64,000 bases of DNA from Trueperaceae bacterium (GTDB lineage Bacteria > Deinococcota > Deinococci > Deinococcales > Trueperaceae): assembly GCA_965213925.1 (NCBI GenBank), contig OZ243927.1, forward strand, positions 2,816,001 to 2,880,000, in the 5' to 3' direction. A program made the translations under genes and the position numbers. Below, one piece after another: positions 47,911-56,647 of this stretch. Every line of letters starts with the position of its first letter. Position 1 is the stretch's first letter. The notes under the pieces are model-generated. The model was given only the letters and a program-made list of their open reading frames with translations. It had not been told where the DNA came from and did no database searches.

Positions 47911-48840
47911 ATGAACGTGAATATGAACATAGAACCCTTAGAGTTCATCGGTCACGGCGAGGTCAAAGCGGTGCTGCGCCGCCTGGACACCCACACGCTC
48001 CTCTTCGTCGGTCCGGCGAGCGTCGGGCGTCGGCGCGTCGCGAGGTGGTACGCCGCGCTCTTAAACTGCGAGCGTAGAGGTGACGAGCCGTGCGGACACT
48101 GCCCTAGCTGCCGCCTCTTCGAGAGTGATCATCCCGACTACCGCGAAATCGCGCCTAAAACAACAACGAAAACGGGCAAGCGGAAGCGCGAGCTAGAAAT
48201 TCTTATAGGTCAACTCGTTCCACGAGAAGGCGAACCGGACCCGCTCGGACCCTGGTTAGAGACGCGCCCGCGTTTCCGGCGGCGCGTCGGCGTCATCGAC
48301 AGCGCAGAGACTTTGAACCCACAAGCCGCTAACGCCTTCTTGAAGTTTTTAGAGGAGCCGCCCTCGTACGCTGTGATTATCCTGATCGCGCCGAGCCCGC
48401 AAGCCGTGCTGCCAACCATCGCCTCGCGCAGCACGCCCGTGCGCTTTGGGACAGTGGATGTGTCGTCACTCGAGACACCCATCCCACACCCCGCCGCGCG
48501 GCTCGGACGCGCTGGGGATTTAATCCGCGCGGCAGAACATCCTGAGGATTTCACCGCGCTCACTGAGCTGGTGAATAGCTACGTCCTGTCGTTAGAAAAA
48601 GGGTTGGAAGAAGCCCTAGAAAAAGCCGACGCTTTAGAGAAAGCCTGGTCGAGTGAGACACGCTTCAACCTTCCCGAACTGCTCCGCGCCCGCCTAAGCG
48701 CCCTCTCCCATAGTGCCTACGCGAGCGCGCTCATCGCTTTGGAGCGGTGCGAAAACGCACTTGTCGCTTACGCTTCGCCGGGGTTGGCGGTGCAGGTGTT
48801 GACGTTAGAACTGAGAGAGGTCGTTCGTAACAGTAGATGA
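47911..48840 (+). CDS. holB: DNA polymerase III delta-prime subunit
   Basis: LLFVGPASVGR, C..PCGHCPSC, HPD, AANAFLKFLEEPP, PTIASR. Confidence 0.93.
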   Translation: MNVNMNIEPLEFIGHGEVKAVLRRLDTHTLLFVGPASVGRRRVARWYAALLNCERRGDEPCGHCPSCRLFESDHPDYREIAPKTTTKTGKRKRELEILIGQLVPREGEPDPLGPWLETRPRFRRRVGVIDSAETLNPQAANAFLKFLEEPPSYAVIILIAPSPQAVLPTIASRSTPVRFGTVDVSSLETPIPHPAARLGRAGDLIRAAEHPEDFTALTELVNSYVLSLEKGLEEALEKADALEKAWSSETRFNLPELLRARLSALSHSAYASALIALERCENALVAYASPGLAVQVLTLELREVVRNSR

Positions 48841-48875
48841 CTCAGAAAACTCACATAATTTGTTAGCCTGTTATC

Positions 48876-49664
48876 ATGCAAAATAGCGAACAAAGAGAGA
48901 GATGGCATTAAAACCTCACTAAGTTTTTTGAAAATCCTTCAAAAGATAATCTTCGCAGCTTACTTCTCAATCATACAGGCGAACATAACGAGTTAGATTT
49001 CAAAGAGGAGTGGTCCAGCTTTCCAAAAATAGCAAAACATGTCTTAGCAATGGCTAATTCCGGCGGGGGCTGCATCATTTTTGGGATAAAGGATGAAACT
49101 CAGCAGCTTATAGGCATAAGCTCTTTCGAAGACGAATCGAAACTGTTTAACAAGATTAAGAAGTTTATTCCGATACAGCTCAAATACAAGTTACACAGTT
49201 TTGATTGTGAAACTGATACGTCCAGCGAGTTGAGAGGTAAAAAGTTTCAGGCTTTGCTCATAGAGGACAATCCCAAATATATTCCTTTCATATCGGAAAA
49301 GAGTTCAGGAGGAGATATAGAAGAAGGCAAGATATACGTTAGGCGTGGTACTAACTCCGAACAAGGCAACTATGAAGAGGTGCAAGAAATTATTAACAGG
49401 CGCATAGAAACAAACGTTTCAATTCGAAGTGAGCTTTCACTCGAAAGGCATTATCGTGAGTTGAGGCAACTTGATGAGCAACTTCCGAAGCCCGGCTCAA
49501 CCGAAGCAATAACTGAAAACCTGAGTCAGTTGACAGCGGACATTTATAGTTCACGTATTGGCGGTGTGCGGCGCGAAGAAAGGTTTTTTGACTTCATAAG
49601 GAGAATGATAGAAGAGAAGAAGCACTTGATAGAGTTCAAGCTCGAAGACCAAGAAAAGTATTGA
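48876..49664 (+). pseudogene. AlbA_2/Schlafen-like domain gene with premature stop at codon 12
   Basis: In frame MQNSEQRERWH*NLTKFFENP...GEHNELDFKEEW...AMANSGGGCIIFGIKD...YVRRG; TAA at 48909-48911; AT-rich. Confidence 0.82.
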
Positions 49665-49722
49665 GCTTCCCTCTCACCTCCTGTATCCTCTTTTCTTAGT
49701 GAATGGAGGCTCTTAAACAAAC

Positions 49723-50969
49723 GTGAACAGCATCAATAATATTGTGGTCCAGAAGTACGGCGGCACCTCGGTGGGCGACGTCGAAAGAATCAGCAAGGTC
49801 GCGGCGCGCGTCGCGAGAGCGGTGAACGAGGGTCACAAAGTCGCCGTGACGGTTTCCGCGATGGGGCGCACCACCGACCGCCTCGTCTCGCTGGCGAAAG
49901 AGGTCACGCCTCGCCCGAGCCGCCGCGAGTTGGACGTCTTGATGGCGACGGGCGAGCAGCAGTCGACGGCGCTCCTCAGCATGGCGCTGCACAAGTTGGG
50001 CGTCAAGGCGCGCTCCTTTACGGGGCAGCAGGCGGGCTTTTTGACGGACGACTTCAGCGGCGGCGCGAGGATCATCGAGGTCAACCCGGCGCGGATTTTA
50101 GAACGCCTTTAGAGACGGACGACGTCGCGGTCATCGCGGGCTTTCAGGGGGTGGACGCGCTCGGCAACATCACCACGCTCGGGCGGGGCGGCTCGGACAC
50201 GACGGCGGTGGCAATAGCGGCGGCCTTGGAGGCGGACACCTGCGACATCTACACGGACACCGAAGGCGTCTATACGACGGACCCGCACCTCGTGCCGAGC
50301 GCGAAGAAGTTAGAGACGATCGACTACGAAGAGATGTTAGAACTCGCCTCTTTGGGCGCTCAGGTCTTGCACCCGAGGAGCGTCTGGTACGCGCGGCGCT
50401 ACGGCGTGCGCGTGCACGTGCGCTCGTCGTTTTCGTATAACCCAGGCACCATCGTTACGAATCTAGGCGTCACCGAAGGGGAGAAACGCATGAAGACAGA
50501 TAGGCCCGTGACGGGCGTCGCTTTAGACCGCTCGCACGCCCGCATCTACCTCACGGGCGTCGAGGATACGCCCGGCGTCGCCGCGAGGGTCTTTAGCGCC
50601 TTGGGCGACGCGAACATCAGCGTGGACATGATCATTCAGGGCGTGCCGGGCGACGGCAGCCGTCAGCAGATGGCGTTTACGCTCAACCAGGACACCGTCG
50701 CGGACGCTTTAGAGGTTGTGAAGCCGGTTCTAGCCGAGGTGGGCGGCTCGGCGCAGGCGGACCCGGACATCGCCAAGCTCTCCATCGTCGGCGTGGCGGT
50801 CGGCTCGACGCCCGGCGTAGCGGGGCGCATGTTCGCCGCCATCGCCGAAACGGGCGCGAACATCGAGATGATCGCGACCAGTGAGGTGCGTGTGTCGGTG
50901 GTGCTGCGCTCGAGACACGCGGAAGAGGCGCTCAAAGCAGTTCATCAGGCGTTCGGTCTGGAAATGTGA
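49723..50969 (+). pseudogene. lysC: Aspartate kinase alpha subunit, split by a frameshift near 50105-50112
   Basis: [14 protein letters not shown] in the first frame; [22 protein letters not shown] and ACT domains in the second. Confidence 0.93.
50490..50969 (+). CDS. Nested in-frame aspartate kinase beta (ACT regulatory) subunit
   Basis: Internal GGGGAG RBS 6 nt before ATG ([13 protein letters not shown]) at the ACT boundary, as in alpha2beta2 aspartate kinases. Confidence 0.75.
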   Translation: MKTDRPVTGVALDRSHARIYLTGVEDTPGVAARVFSALGDANISVDMIIQGVPGDGSRQQMAFTLNQDTVADALEVVKPVLAEVGGSAQADPDIAKLSIVGVAVGSTPGVAGRMFAAIAETGANIEMIATSEVRVSVVLRSRHAEEALKAVHQAFGLEM

Positions 50970-51097
50970 CAGGAAACTCTTTTTAATGATGAGAACATTG
51001 TGCGTCTCGTTATAGTGCTACGCCGGGCGGTAGGTCATCCTCGAGTTGGACAGTGGAAAAATTCACATTGCAAGGCGCAACACAGATTGGAGCACAT

Positions 51098-51610
51098 ATG
51101 AACCGCACGATACTTTTTTCCTTAATTCTATCTCTAGGCGTGCTACTTGCAGCTTGTGACTCGGATGACGAAACGCCCGAAAGCACAAGCTACACGCTTA
51201 ACGAAGTTGATGGCTCGGGTGTAACGGGCACAGCTACCTTCACTAAAATATCGGATACAGAAACTGAAGTGACGCTCGACATCACGGGTGACGCTGTTAC
51301 AGGTGACCATCCCGCGCACATCCATTCAGGCGCGGCGGGCAGCGGCGGTCCTATCGTTGTACCACTTACAACAGTTGATGCGGCAGCGACAGAAGGTGAA
51401 AGTATCGAAACGACGCAAGGCGGCGACCTTGCTGAAGGGAACAGTGTTACGACAGTGACACAGTATGACAGTGATGAAGATGGAACCGCAGAAACGGATA
51501 TAGATTATGAAGGGCTGCTCGAGTATAACGGTTACATTAACGTTCACGAAAGCCCCGACAATCTCGCCAATGTGATCTCTACAACGAACATCGGCGCAAA
51601 CGCTGAGTAA
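51098..51610 (+). CDS. Acidic CHRD-like domain lipoprotein
   Basis: GGAG RBS; LLAAC lipobox; HPAHIHSG..GSGGPIVVPL, YINVHES. Confidence 0.82.
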   Translation: MNRTILFSLILSLGVLLAACDSDDETPESTSYTLNEVDGSGVTGTATFTKISDTETEVTLDITGDAVTGDHPAHIHSGAAGSGGPIVVPLTTVDAAATEGESIETTQGGDLAEGNSVTTVTQYDSDEDGTAETDIDYEGLLEYNGYINVHESPDNLANVISTTNIGANAE

Positions 51611-51630
51611 TTAGCTTCAGCAACCAAGAC

Positions 51631-51661
51631 GAGGGTGACCAAATAGGTCACCCTCATTTTT
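51631..51661 (+). terminator. Intrinsic terminator
   Basis: GAGGGTGACC-AAATA-GGTCACCCTC then ATTTTT. Confidence 0.85.
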
Positions 51662-51702
51662 ATTATCTTTCCGTGAGGTTCAATGCTTTCATGAGAAGTT
51701 TT

Positions 51703-52557
51703 ATGATGAAGTGGACCATTTTAGTGAGTTTGAGCCTCGTTTTAGCAGCTTGTGGCACGTCTAGTGACCCAAATCCGGACGATAGCGACGAGCCAGGTGA
51801 GCTTATCCAGGAGAACTCCGTGGTGGACGTCGCCGAGGAAGCGGGTCTCAGCGCCTTTGTGCAGGCCTTGGAGGAGGCGTTTGGCGACGACGAATTTAGA
51901 GACAGCGGTCCTTACACGCTCTTCGTGCCGACCAACGCTGCTTTTAGCGCAGCAGATACGAGTGCGGAAGATTTGCTCGAATACCACGTCGTCAAGGGCA
52001 CGTACACCTTAGAAGATTTAGAGAGTGGAGCGCTCACAACCGAGAGCGGGCTCGATATTGAGGTGTCCGTGAGTGGCAACAGCGTAAGCTTAAACGGTGA
52101 AGCGGAAGTGGTGCCGCCCAACAATTTAGAGGCGGTCAACGGGGTCGTTCATGCAATTGGCAACGTGCTCACACCGCCCGACAGCTCCGACGAGGATGAC
52201 CCTGGCGAGGGTGAAGCGACCGCCTTCTTCGCCGAGCTTGGTCCGGTGGCTGAAGGGGTCAGCGCGGAGGCGTCAGGCGAGGCGATCGCAACTTTAGACG
52301 GCGAGACCCTCTCCGCCGAAGGCAGCGTACAGAACCTCTCGGGCGAAATCACCCAGGTAGGTCTTTACGAGGGTGGCGGCGACGACGTGGGCATCTTGTT
52401 CTATGAACTCGAGGTTGACGGCACCAGCTTCAGCGGCGAATTCACGCTCTCACGCGAAGAGCTTGCTATCCTCGCTGACGGGAACTTCTACGTGACCGTT
52501 TCCACCGAAGCCTACCCCGAAGGCGAGGTCAGCGGACCGCTCCTCAGCGAGGATTAA
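51703..52557 (+). CDS. Lipoprotein with fasciclin (FAS1) domain and degenerate CHRD domain
   Basis: VLAAC lipobox; YTLFVPTNAAF, LLEYHVV, NGVVHAIGNVL; GNFYVTVSTEAYPEGEVSG. Confidence 0.85.
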   Translation: MMKWTILVSLSLVLAACGTSSDPNPDDSDEPGELIQENSVVDVAEEAGLSAFVQALEEAFGDDEFRDSGPYTLFVPTNAAFSAADTSAEDLLEYHVVKGTYTLEDLESGALTTESGLDIEVSVSGNSVSLNGEAEVVPPNNLEAVNGVVHAIGNVLTPPDSSDEDDPGEGEATAFFAELGPVAEGVSAEASGEAIATLDGETLSAEGSVQNLSGEITQVGLYEGGGDDVGILFYELEVDGTSFSGEFTLSREELAILADGNFYVTVSTEAYPEGEVSGPLLSED

Positions 52558-53102
52558 GTTCGAGGTACGTCCCGCCACGCGATCACGGTAGCGTCCTCTA
52601 TGGACACCGCGCCGCGCACGAAAACGTGAGGCGTGTGCGCAAACCAGCCCCCTTTACGCCCGACTTCATAAAGTCGGGCGTACCACTTCTTGGTGGCGTC
52701 GCTCAGCGTTGTAACCTCTTGGTAAAAGTCGGGCTCGAGCCACGTCACGTGCGCTTCCGGTATATCCTCGCCGGCTCGTCCAGGTTCGGCGATGACGGCG
52801 GGCAGGTGAGCGACAGCTTCCACCGGGAACTGATACCAGTTCACATCCGGCAGCGTCACACCCAGCGTTCGCCACGCTTTGTAAACGAGGTGCGGATGTA
52901 GCGGCGAGAAGTTCAGCACCTCTTTACGTAAGCAGTCTAGTTTAGGAAGGTGCTGATACGGGATACGCTCGCGGCTCGGGTGATCGTCGTACTTGGCGAG
53001 TTGCTGCTGATAAAGTTTGGGCGCAAAGGTCTCTAACGCGCTGAGCGGATAGAGGGTTTCTCCGGTCATCTCTTCGGGAACTTGATGGTAGATACAAGCC
53101 AC
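52554..53102 (-). CDS. Hypothetical protein
   Basis: GAGGAGG RBS before GTG; IYH..P...G.TLYPL, NFSPLHP, PHVFVRG. Confidence 0.75.
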   Translation of the reverse strand: MACIYHQVPEEMTGETLYPLSALETFAPKLYQQQLAKYDDHPSRERIPYQHLPKLDCLRKEVLNFSPLHPHLVYKAWRTLGVTLPDVNWYQFPVEAVAHLPAVIAEPGRAGEDIPEAHVTWLEPDFYQEVTTLSDATKKWYARLYEVGRKGGWFAHTPHVFVRGAVSIEDATVIAWRDVPRT

Positions 53103-53244
53103 GCTTGACCTCCTCGTCTAATCAAGGACCCTAAGCGTAGGCGCTCGAGAGATCAGCTTCAGCGTCCAAGGCTCTGGCGACTGGGGCGCGAAAGGGCTAT
53201 ACTCTAGGCACCTTGATGAACGAGCAAACCTATACGGAACCCCG

Positions 53245-53928
53245 ATGAGCCGAGCGGACACCTTTATCCAGCTCTACAACCAGTTGGACGAACACCTCGC
53301 GCGAATCATGGACGAAGACTCGAGGACGCCCTTCTACAGCCTCGTCGAAAGGGCCGCCCAGCGCCGCTTTATCGTCAAGCGCGACGAGGTGACGCTCAAG
53401 AAGTACGGCAGCTTGCGCAACCTCATCGTGCACGACGCCGACTATCCGGAGCGCGTCTTAGCGGAGCCCACCGAGGAGACCTTGGCGCAGTTCGGGCGTA
53501 TTGTGCAACACCTGATAAATCCGCGAACGCTGGACGACTTTCGCAGAGAGGTCCATACGTTTTCGGAGCGCGACGCGCTCACCTCTGCGTTGGAGCACAT
53601 GCGCAGCGGAGACTTTTCTCAAGTCGTGGTGAGAGATGACCGCTTAGCCTTGCTCACGACCGAGGGCGTAGCGAAGTGGTTGGAGCGCCAACACGCCACG
53701 GCGAGCCTAGCGAACGCGACCATTGGCGACGCGCTCACACACGAACTTCCCGGCAGTTTTGAACTGGTAAGCCGACGAGAGACGCTCGAGCAGGCGCAAG
53801 CGGCATTCATCGGGGCGTTAGAACGGGGGAAACCGCGCCTCTACGCACTTATCATCACTGAAAATGGCAAACCTCATGAGACACCTTTAGGCGTGGTGAC
53901 GCCTTGGGACGTTATCGAAGACGACTAG
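53245..53928 (+). CDS. HEPN-like (RxxxxH) domain fused to a CBS pair
   Basis: Helical N-terminus with LRNLIVH; CBS motifs DFSQVVV..ALLTTEG and LIITENG..PLGVVTPWD. Confidence 0.8.
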   Translation: MSRADTFIQLYNQLDEHLARIMDEDSRTPFYSLVERAAQRRFIVKRDEVTLKKYGSLRNLIVHDADYPERVLAEPTEETLAQFGRIVQHLINPRTLDDFRREVHTFSERDALTSALEHMRSGDFSQVVVRDDRLALLTTEGVAKWLERQHATASLANATIGDALTHELPGSFELVSRRETLEQAQAAFIGALERGKPRLYALIITENGKPHETPLGVVTPWDVIEDD

Positions 53929-56195
53929 GCTTGCAGCGTGACGGTAGGGTCGGGCTCGAGCGTCTCTAAAAGGGCCTCGGATAGCGCCAGCGCCGCCTTT
54001 TTATCCAAAATTTGATTGCCGTTACCGCATTTAGGCGACAATACGCAGCGCGGACAGCCCTCTTTACAGGTGCAGTCCCGCAAGAGGTCCCTTGCCGCGC
54101 TCAGCCACTCGGGGAAGCGCGACGCGCCTGAGCGCGTATAGCCGACCCCACCGGGATACCCGTCGTAAATAAAGATGAGCGGTTCGCCTACCGCCGGATA
54201 GAAAGGATAGGAGACGCCGCCTACATCCGCGCGTTCGCAGAGGACGAAGACGGGCAACAGCCCGATGAGGGTGTGCTCTAAAGCGTGCATCGCCGCAGGC
54301 AAGTCGGCGGGCGAGAGCGCCTTTGCGACCTCTTTGACGCTGAACCAGAGCGCCTGCGTCGGGTAGGAGACGTCGGGCAAGTCCAAGAGCCGCTCGTCCA
54401 GTGCCGCTTCGCTGTAGAAACGCTTGCGCACGTAAGAGGTCATCTGCGTGGTGACGCGCGCCCGCCCGGTTTGAACGCCGTAGAAGCTCGCCTCGCGTTC
54501 CAAAATCTCGATCTCCGTCACCGAGCGCGTCTGCGTGTAGTAGTCTTCGATGTGGGGAAGGAGCACCGCAACGCCCTTTTCCAAGTCGAGGTTGCGTACC
54601 AAGTAATTCTCTCCCTGATGCAGATAGACCGCGCCGGGGTGAAGCTCGCGGAGCGCCGCCTCGTAGTCGCTCACGCCGAAGGCGTTGCCCGAGGCGTCTT
54701 TCATCACGATGCGCTTGCCGCCCGTGCCGCGCACGCTGATTTTCGGGTGCGGGTAGCCGCCTAAGTGATAGAACTTGCCGCGCAACTCTTTAAGGCGAGG
54801 GTGCTTACGCAGGTTAGCCGAGCCGACGACCTCTTCCCTCTCGACGAGCGGGCGCTCGTACGCCGCGCACGAGAGGTGGAGCGGGTGAAGTTCGCTGTTG
54901 AAGGCGTCCGCGACGGCGTTTTCGGCGCGTCCGTCGGTGATGAGGTCGGGATGATTCAAATAGTACTCGTCTAAGGGATCGTTGCCGGGGATGAGCAGCG
55001 TCAACGCGCGCTTGTCACCGCGCCCGGCACGCCCGGCACGTTGCCACAGCGCGGTCATGGAGCCAGGGTAGCCGACTAGAACCACAGCGTCCACGCCGCC
55101 CACGTCTACGCCGAGTTCCAACGCACTCGTCGCGGTCAACACGCGCAATGCTCCGTTTTTGAAGTCCGCCTCGAGCTTCCTTCTATCCTCTGGCGTGTAG
55201 CCCGCGCGGTAAGAGCCCAACCGCGTCGCCTCTTCGTCCGTGAGCTGCCCAGCGGCGTAGCGGCGCAGGAGTTCGGCGGTCTTGCGAGAGTTACAAAAGA
55301 AGATGCTTTTGAGTCCTGTACACACGAAGAGCGCGGCTAAGTCCGCCGCTTCGGTGTTGACGCTGCGCCGTGCATCCTTGCCGGGAAGCTCGGGCGGACG
55401 CCAGAAGAGGAGTTCGCGCGCCGCACGTGGTCCGTGGTCCTCGCGCACCGCCGTAAAATCCAAACCTGTCAAGTGCTGCGCGTGCAAGGCGGGGTTGCCG
55501 ATGGTCGCGCTCGCTGCAACCACTTGGGGCGACGCGCCGTAATGGAGAGCCAACCGCAGCAGCCGCCGCAAGATGTTCGCCACGTGCGTCCCCATCACCC
55601 CGCGGTAGGCGTGCAACTCGTCCACCACGATGAACTGTAGACGGCTGAAAAAGCCCGCCCAGAGCGCGTGGTGCGGCAAGATGCCGTAGTGGAGCATGTC
55701 GGGGTTGGTGAGTAGACAGCCCACGTGTTCGCGCACGGCGCGGCGCTCACGACTCGGGGTGTCGCCGTCGTAGCTCGAAACCCGCTCCCCCACCCCGAAA
55801 ACCCGCGCGAAGTCGCGCAGCTTGTCCAATTGGTCGTGCGCGAGCGCTTTGGTCGGAAAAAGGTAGAGCGCCGCGCCCCCTCCTTGCAACGCGCTCACGG
55901 TGGGCACTTGGTAGTTCAGCGACTTGCCCGACGCCGTCGGCGTGGCGATGACGACGTTACGCCCCGCTTCGATGAGCGTCAGCGCTTCCGCTTGGTGGCG
56001 GTAAGGCGTGATGCCAAGCGTGTCTAAAAGAGGTCGGTAAGTACCTTCGTAGACGAGCCGCTCCCCTTCTCTGCGCCCCGGCAAGAAGCTGTAAGAGGTG
56101 ATCTGCCCCTTGTAGTCCGCTAAAGAGGTCAGCCAGCCGTGATAGGAGCCGTAGTCGCGCAGGATGTCGGGCAGGGCTTCGGAGGGTTTCGGCAC
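53925..56195 (-). CDS. MrfA/YprA (Hrq1/SftH-like) SF2 helicase with DUF1998 zinc domain
   Basis: TPTASGKS, YDGDTP, TNPDMLH, DELH, SATIGNP, QRAGRAGR, CTC..GCPRC..SPKCGN. Confidence 0.94.
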   Translation of the reverse strand: MPKPSEALPDILRDYGSYHGWLTSLADYKGQITSYSFLPGRREGERLVYEGTYRPLLDTLGITPYRHQAEALTLIEAGRNVVIATPTASGKSLNYQVPTVSALQGGGAALYLFPTKALAHDQLDKLRDFARVFGVGERVSSYDGDTPSRERRAVREHVGCLLTNPDMLHYGILPHHALWAGFFSRLQFIVVDELHAYRGVMGTHVANILRRLLRLALHYGASPQVVAASATIGNPALHAQHLTGLDFTAVREDHGPRAARELLFWRPPELPGKDARRSVNTEAADLAALFVCTGLKSIFFCNSRKTAELLRRYAAGQLTDEEATRLGSYRAGYTPEDRRKLEADFKNGALRVLTATSALELGVDVGGVDAVVLVGYPGSMTALWQRAGRAGRGDKRALTLLIPGNDPLDEYYLNHPDLITDGRAENAVADAFNSELHPLHLSCAAYERPLVEREEVVGSANLRKHPRLKELRGKFYHLGGYPHPKISVRGTGGKRIVMKDASGNAFGVSDYEAALRELHPGAVYLHQGENYLVRNLDLEKGVAVLLPHIEDYYTQTRSVTEIEILEREASFYGVQTGRARVTTQMTSYVRKRFYSEAALDERLLDLPDVSYPTQALWFSVKEVAKALSPADLPAAMHALEHTLIGLLPVFVLCERADVGGVSYPFYPAVGEPLIFIYDGYPGGVGYTRSGASRFPEWLSAARDLLRDCTCKEGCPRCVLSPKCGNGNQILDKKAALALSEALLETLEPDPTVTLQA

Positions 56196-56291
56196 CCTTT
56201 AAGCGTACCGCACACCGCTTCACGAGAGGTATTTTTGAGCAGCTTTTGAGTGAGTGTTGTAAGGGGCTCGAGCGCACCTCTACCTCTTTTA

Positions 56292-56435
56292 GCAGGTATC
56301 AAAGTCTGTCTCGCAAAGCTCGGAGCTGGTCAGAGTGCGCGAAGCGATGCGAAGCAACACTCTCACTTTGTAAGACGATGTTTCACTGCGTGAAAACTCC
56401 GTAACTAGCACGCACTTTAAGGGATGAAATCCCGC
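56292..56435. mobile_element. MITE-like repeat, degenerate copy 3
   Basis: Starts GCAGGTATCA; ends TAGCACGCACTTTAAGGGATGAAATCCCGC, similar to TAGCACGCACTTCAAGTGATGATACCTGC of copy 1 (reverse strand). Confidence 0.55.
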
Positions 56436-56647
56436 TAGCTTCGCTGAGACCTGCGCTCATCCGTCTCAATATGTTTTGGAATTACTCTCTACACGTTTCT
56501 TTCGGTATCTTTGTCCTTTCGAAGCGACAACGGCGGCATTTTAGGCGTCACTTTTTGCAATCTCACCTTGCATTGTGAGAATTCAAACATGCTACACTCC
56601 CTTGTCATGCGCGTTCATCTCAGCTTAATCCTTCTAGGGGTTGTCTC

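Noticed and set aside
53925..56195. DUF1998 helicase as part of a DISARM or Druantia defence system
   Set aside because: Single-chain MrfA/SftH architecture with no drm or dru partners nearby; more consistent with DNA repair
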